From the IMG/VR virus record IMGVR_UViG_3300005405_000058, positions 1 to 38,131 of that record: DNA of 38,131 nucleotides, one strand, 5' to 3'. The notes beneath the pieces were generated by a model, which was not told the DNA's origin, did not search any database, and worked only from the letters and a program-made list of their open reading frames with translations. Of the stretch, positions 36,305-38,131 are shown one piece after another. The stretch comes from a virus. Its lineage: Duplodnaviria; Caudoviricetes. Made by a program: the position numbers and the translations under genes. Positions within the stretch are counted from its first letter, which is position 1. Every line of letters starts with the position of its first letter.

Positions 36305-38131
36305 ATGGCTTTTAAATTAACAGACGTAAACGGTTACGGTACTGGCGCACTGGGCGACGTAACAAACCCAGCGGGGCAAATAAATAGTTATGCAAACGTT
36401 ACAGCAATGACCGCGAACAGCATTACCATAGGTACACCAGCAAACGGGGCCTATGAAACATTTACCGTAGGTAAAGAAATTTTACTGCACGTAGCGGCCA
36501 AAGTATCGGGTACTGATACTACGTATTTGGGTAAGTATATAGTAGCTACCATAACGGCAGTAGCCGGGTCGGTGCTGACAATAAGCAGAAATCCACTAAC
36601 CGACCTTATGCCTAGTGCTAGTTTGACAACGGACGTAGTACAGGCAATAACAATAGCCCAGTTTAATACTCTAACCCTGTCCACGGGTAGCGTAGCACCT
36701 TTAGCATACGTAGTAGCTAATAAATACGGTGGAGTTTTAGCGATAAAATGTAAAACCAGTCTAGTATTAAGCGGTGGAAGTATTAACCTGCTGGATAAAG
36801 GTATACCCATAGCCAGCACAGCTTTACGGCCGTTACTAGAACAGGAAACAAACGCAGGAAAAACAGGCTGGGAAAACCACGTAACAGCTAGGCAATTGTT
36901 AATGAATTGTGGGGACGGAGTAGCTTTTATAATTACCAATGTCACGACAGTATCGGGAACGGCGTCCAGAATTGGGGCAGCTGCGGCAGGGGTGAATTAC
37001 TTTCCGTATGGGGTTAATAAGAATACAAACGCGGAAGTAAAAGGCGGCAGTACGATTTTGCTAGTTTCGGCCACTATTACGGGTTTTGTTCCGGATATTA
37101 TTTCTAAAGGGAAAACTACAGGCACAGGATTAGGACGGTGTTATATCGCTACAGAAACGGCGCTAAAAACTGATGAAGGATTGTATGCACAAGATTGCAT
37201 TAGTAATAAGTCTAGGCTTAAAACATTAGGTATAAAAGATTTTGGTAACGGTGTGTTGGGGAACGTGGTTAATCCTACAGGGCAATTAAATAGTTATGCG
37301 CGGGTAACTTCGATAACAGGTAACGTGGTAGTAATCGGAACCCCTGTAAACGGTGCATACAATACTTTTACATCTGATTCCGAGGTAATGTTTCATGTAT
37401 CCGCTAAAATTACCACAGGTGATAACTCTATGCTGGGGAAGTTTTTCTTAGGGAAAATATTATCAGTCAGTGGTAATAATATTACACTTGCTTCCGCGCC
37501 CGCCTTTAGTGTGTCTTTGACGGATTATATCTGCCAGTTAGTGACCATTCCTTGCTTTGGAAATTTGACAGTAGCAAATAGTTACACAGGGACGTTAGCC
37601 TGGGATGATACTAAAAAACTAGGTGGTATCCTAGCTTTAAAAGCAAGCGGTACTTTAAATTTAACGGGTGGTGTGCTAAATACAGTAAATAAAGGATTGC
37701 CGTTTAATGCACAGCAAAGGCCATTACTGGTAAATCAATGTTCTGGACAACAAAAAGATTACCTGCCTATCAATCAGAATGGTGGCGCAGTACTGCTAAT
37801 AGCAAAACAATTGACTGGCGATGCTCTTAGTAGGATTGGTGGTACATGGAGTGCCAGTTTTTTTGGTGGTGCTAGTACTAGTGGTAGCAGTGCAGGGTAC
37901 TGCGGTTTTGCTAGCGGGAGTACTGGCGGCGCTGGTTACGGTGGCATAGGGGGTATTGGAGTTCCTGGCACTGGCATAACTGGGGATACTGGCGGGGCTA
38001 TGGGTAGCGGTTACAACGGTGGTAGTTCAATTATGATTATCGCAGACGCGTTATCTTTACCACTAGTAGCATTATCAACTGGTGGTAAAGGTGGCATTGG
38101 AATGGCTGCGGGTGGTTGTGGTGCTGGTACG
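36305..38131 (+). CDS. Gly-rich receptor-binding / fibre-like protein, partial (at least 609 aa; not in the ORF track)
   Basis: SD AGGAGG, ATG 36305, frame open to the window end; two homologous ~302-aa units. Confidence 0.8.
   Translation, partial: MAFKLTDVNGYGTGALGDVTNPAGQINSYANVTAMTANSITIGTPANGAYETFTVGKEILLHVAAKVSGTDTTYLGKYIVATITAVAGSVLTISRNPLTDLMPSASLTTDVVQAITIAQFNTLTLSTGSVAPLAYVVANKYGGVLAIKCKTSLVLSGGSINLLDKGIPIASTALRPLLEQETNAGKTGWENHVTARQLLMNCGDGVAFIITNVTTVSGTASRIGAAAAGVNYFPYGVNKNTNAEVKGGSTILLVSATITGFVPDIISKGKTTGTGLGRCYIATETALKTDEGLYAQDCISNKSRLKTLGIKDFGNGVLGNVVNPTGQLNSYARVTSITGNVVVIGTPVNGAYNTFTSDSEVMFHVSAKITTGDNSMLGKFFLGKILSVSGNNITLASAPAFSVSLTDYICQLVTIPCFGNLTVANSYTGTLAWDDTKKLGGILALKASGTLNLTGGVLNTVNKGLPFNAQQRPLLVNQCSGQQKDYLPINQNGGAVLLIAKQLTGDALSRIGGTWSASFFGGASTSGSSAGYCGFASGSTGGAGYGGIGGIGVPGTGITGDTGGAMGSGYNGGSSIMIIADALSLPLVALSTGGKGGIGMAAGGCGAGT

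Larger units (their letters stand above)
830..38131. mobile_element. Prophage (lambda-like head, P2-like contractile tail), extends beyond the right edge
   Basis: Ordered integrase, immunity, early, replication, packaging, head and tail modules. Confidence 0.97.

Noticed and set aside
108-36945. Many short opposite-strand or overlapping ORFs in the track (e.g. 108-437, 1092-1331, 28586-28984, 29567-29980, 36451-36945)
   Set aside because: They are shadows of well-supported genes, with no SD or recognisable motifs.

Overview
Left ~38 kb of a temperate, contractile-tailed prophage in a low-GC Firmicute (possibly a spore-forming Negativicute or clostridium; the taxon is inferred). The phage sits in the 3' part of a host GidA-like FAD-dependent oxidoreductase gene, which is cut off at a putative attL near 830. 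Layout: large serine integrase; leftward immunity operon (XRE repressor, TerB-like/BRCT protein, coiled-coil protein); a repressor/Cro switch with five 18-bp operators; an early region with small regulators and two predicted antisense sRNAs; an HUH rolling-circle-type Rep plus SSB (no helicase or primase recognised); ParA/ParB with two identical parS-like palindromes; a late activator and HNH nuclease; a lambda-like cos, terminase, portal and protease-capsid head module; and a P2-like tail with a -1 frameshifted chaperone, ending in an internally duplicated Gly-rich fibre ORF that runs off the window. The most notable features are a possible excision-driven (perhaps sporulation-linked) reconstitution of the host gene, and a plasmid-like replication, antisense-control and partition kit inside an integrating tailed phage. 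Family assignments come from motif recognition, not database searches.
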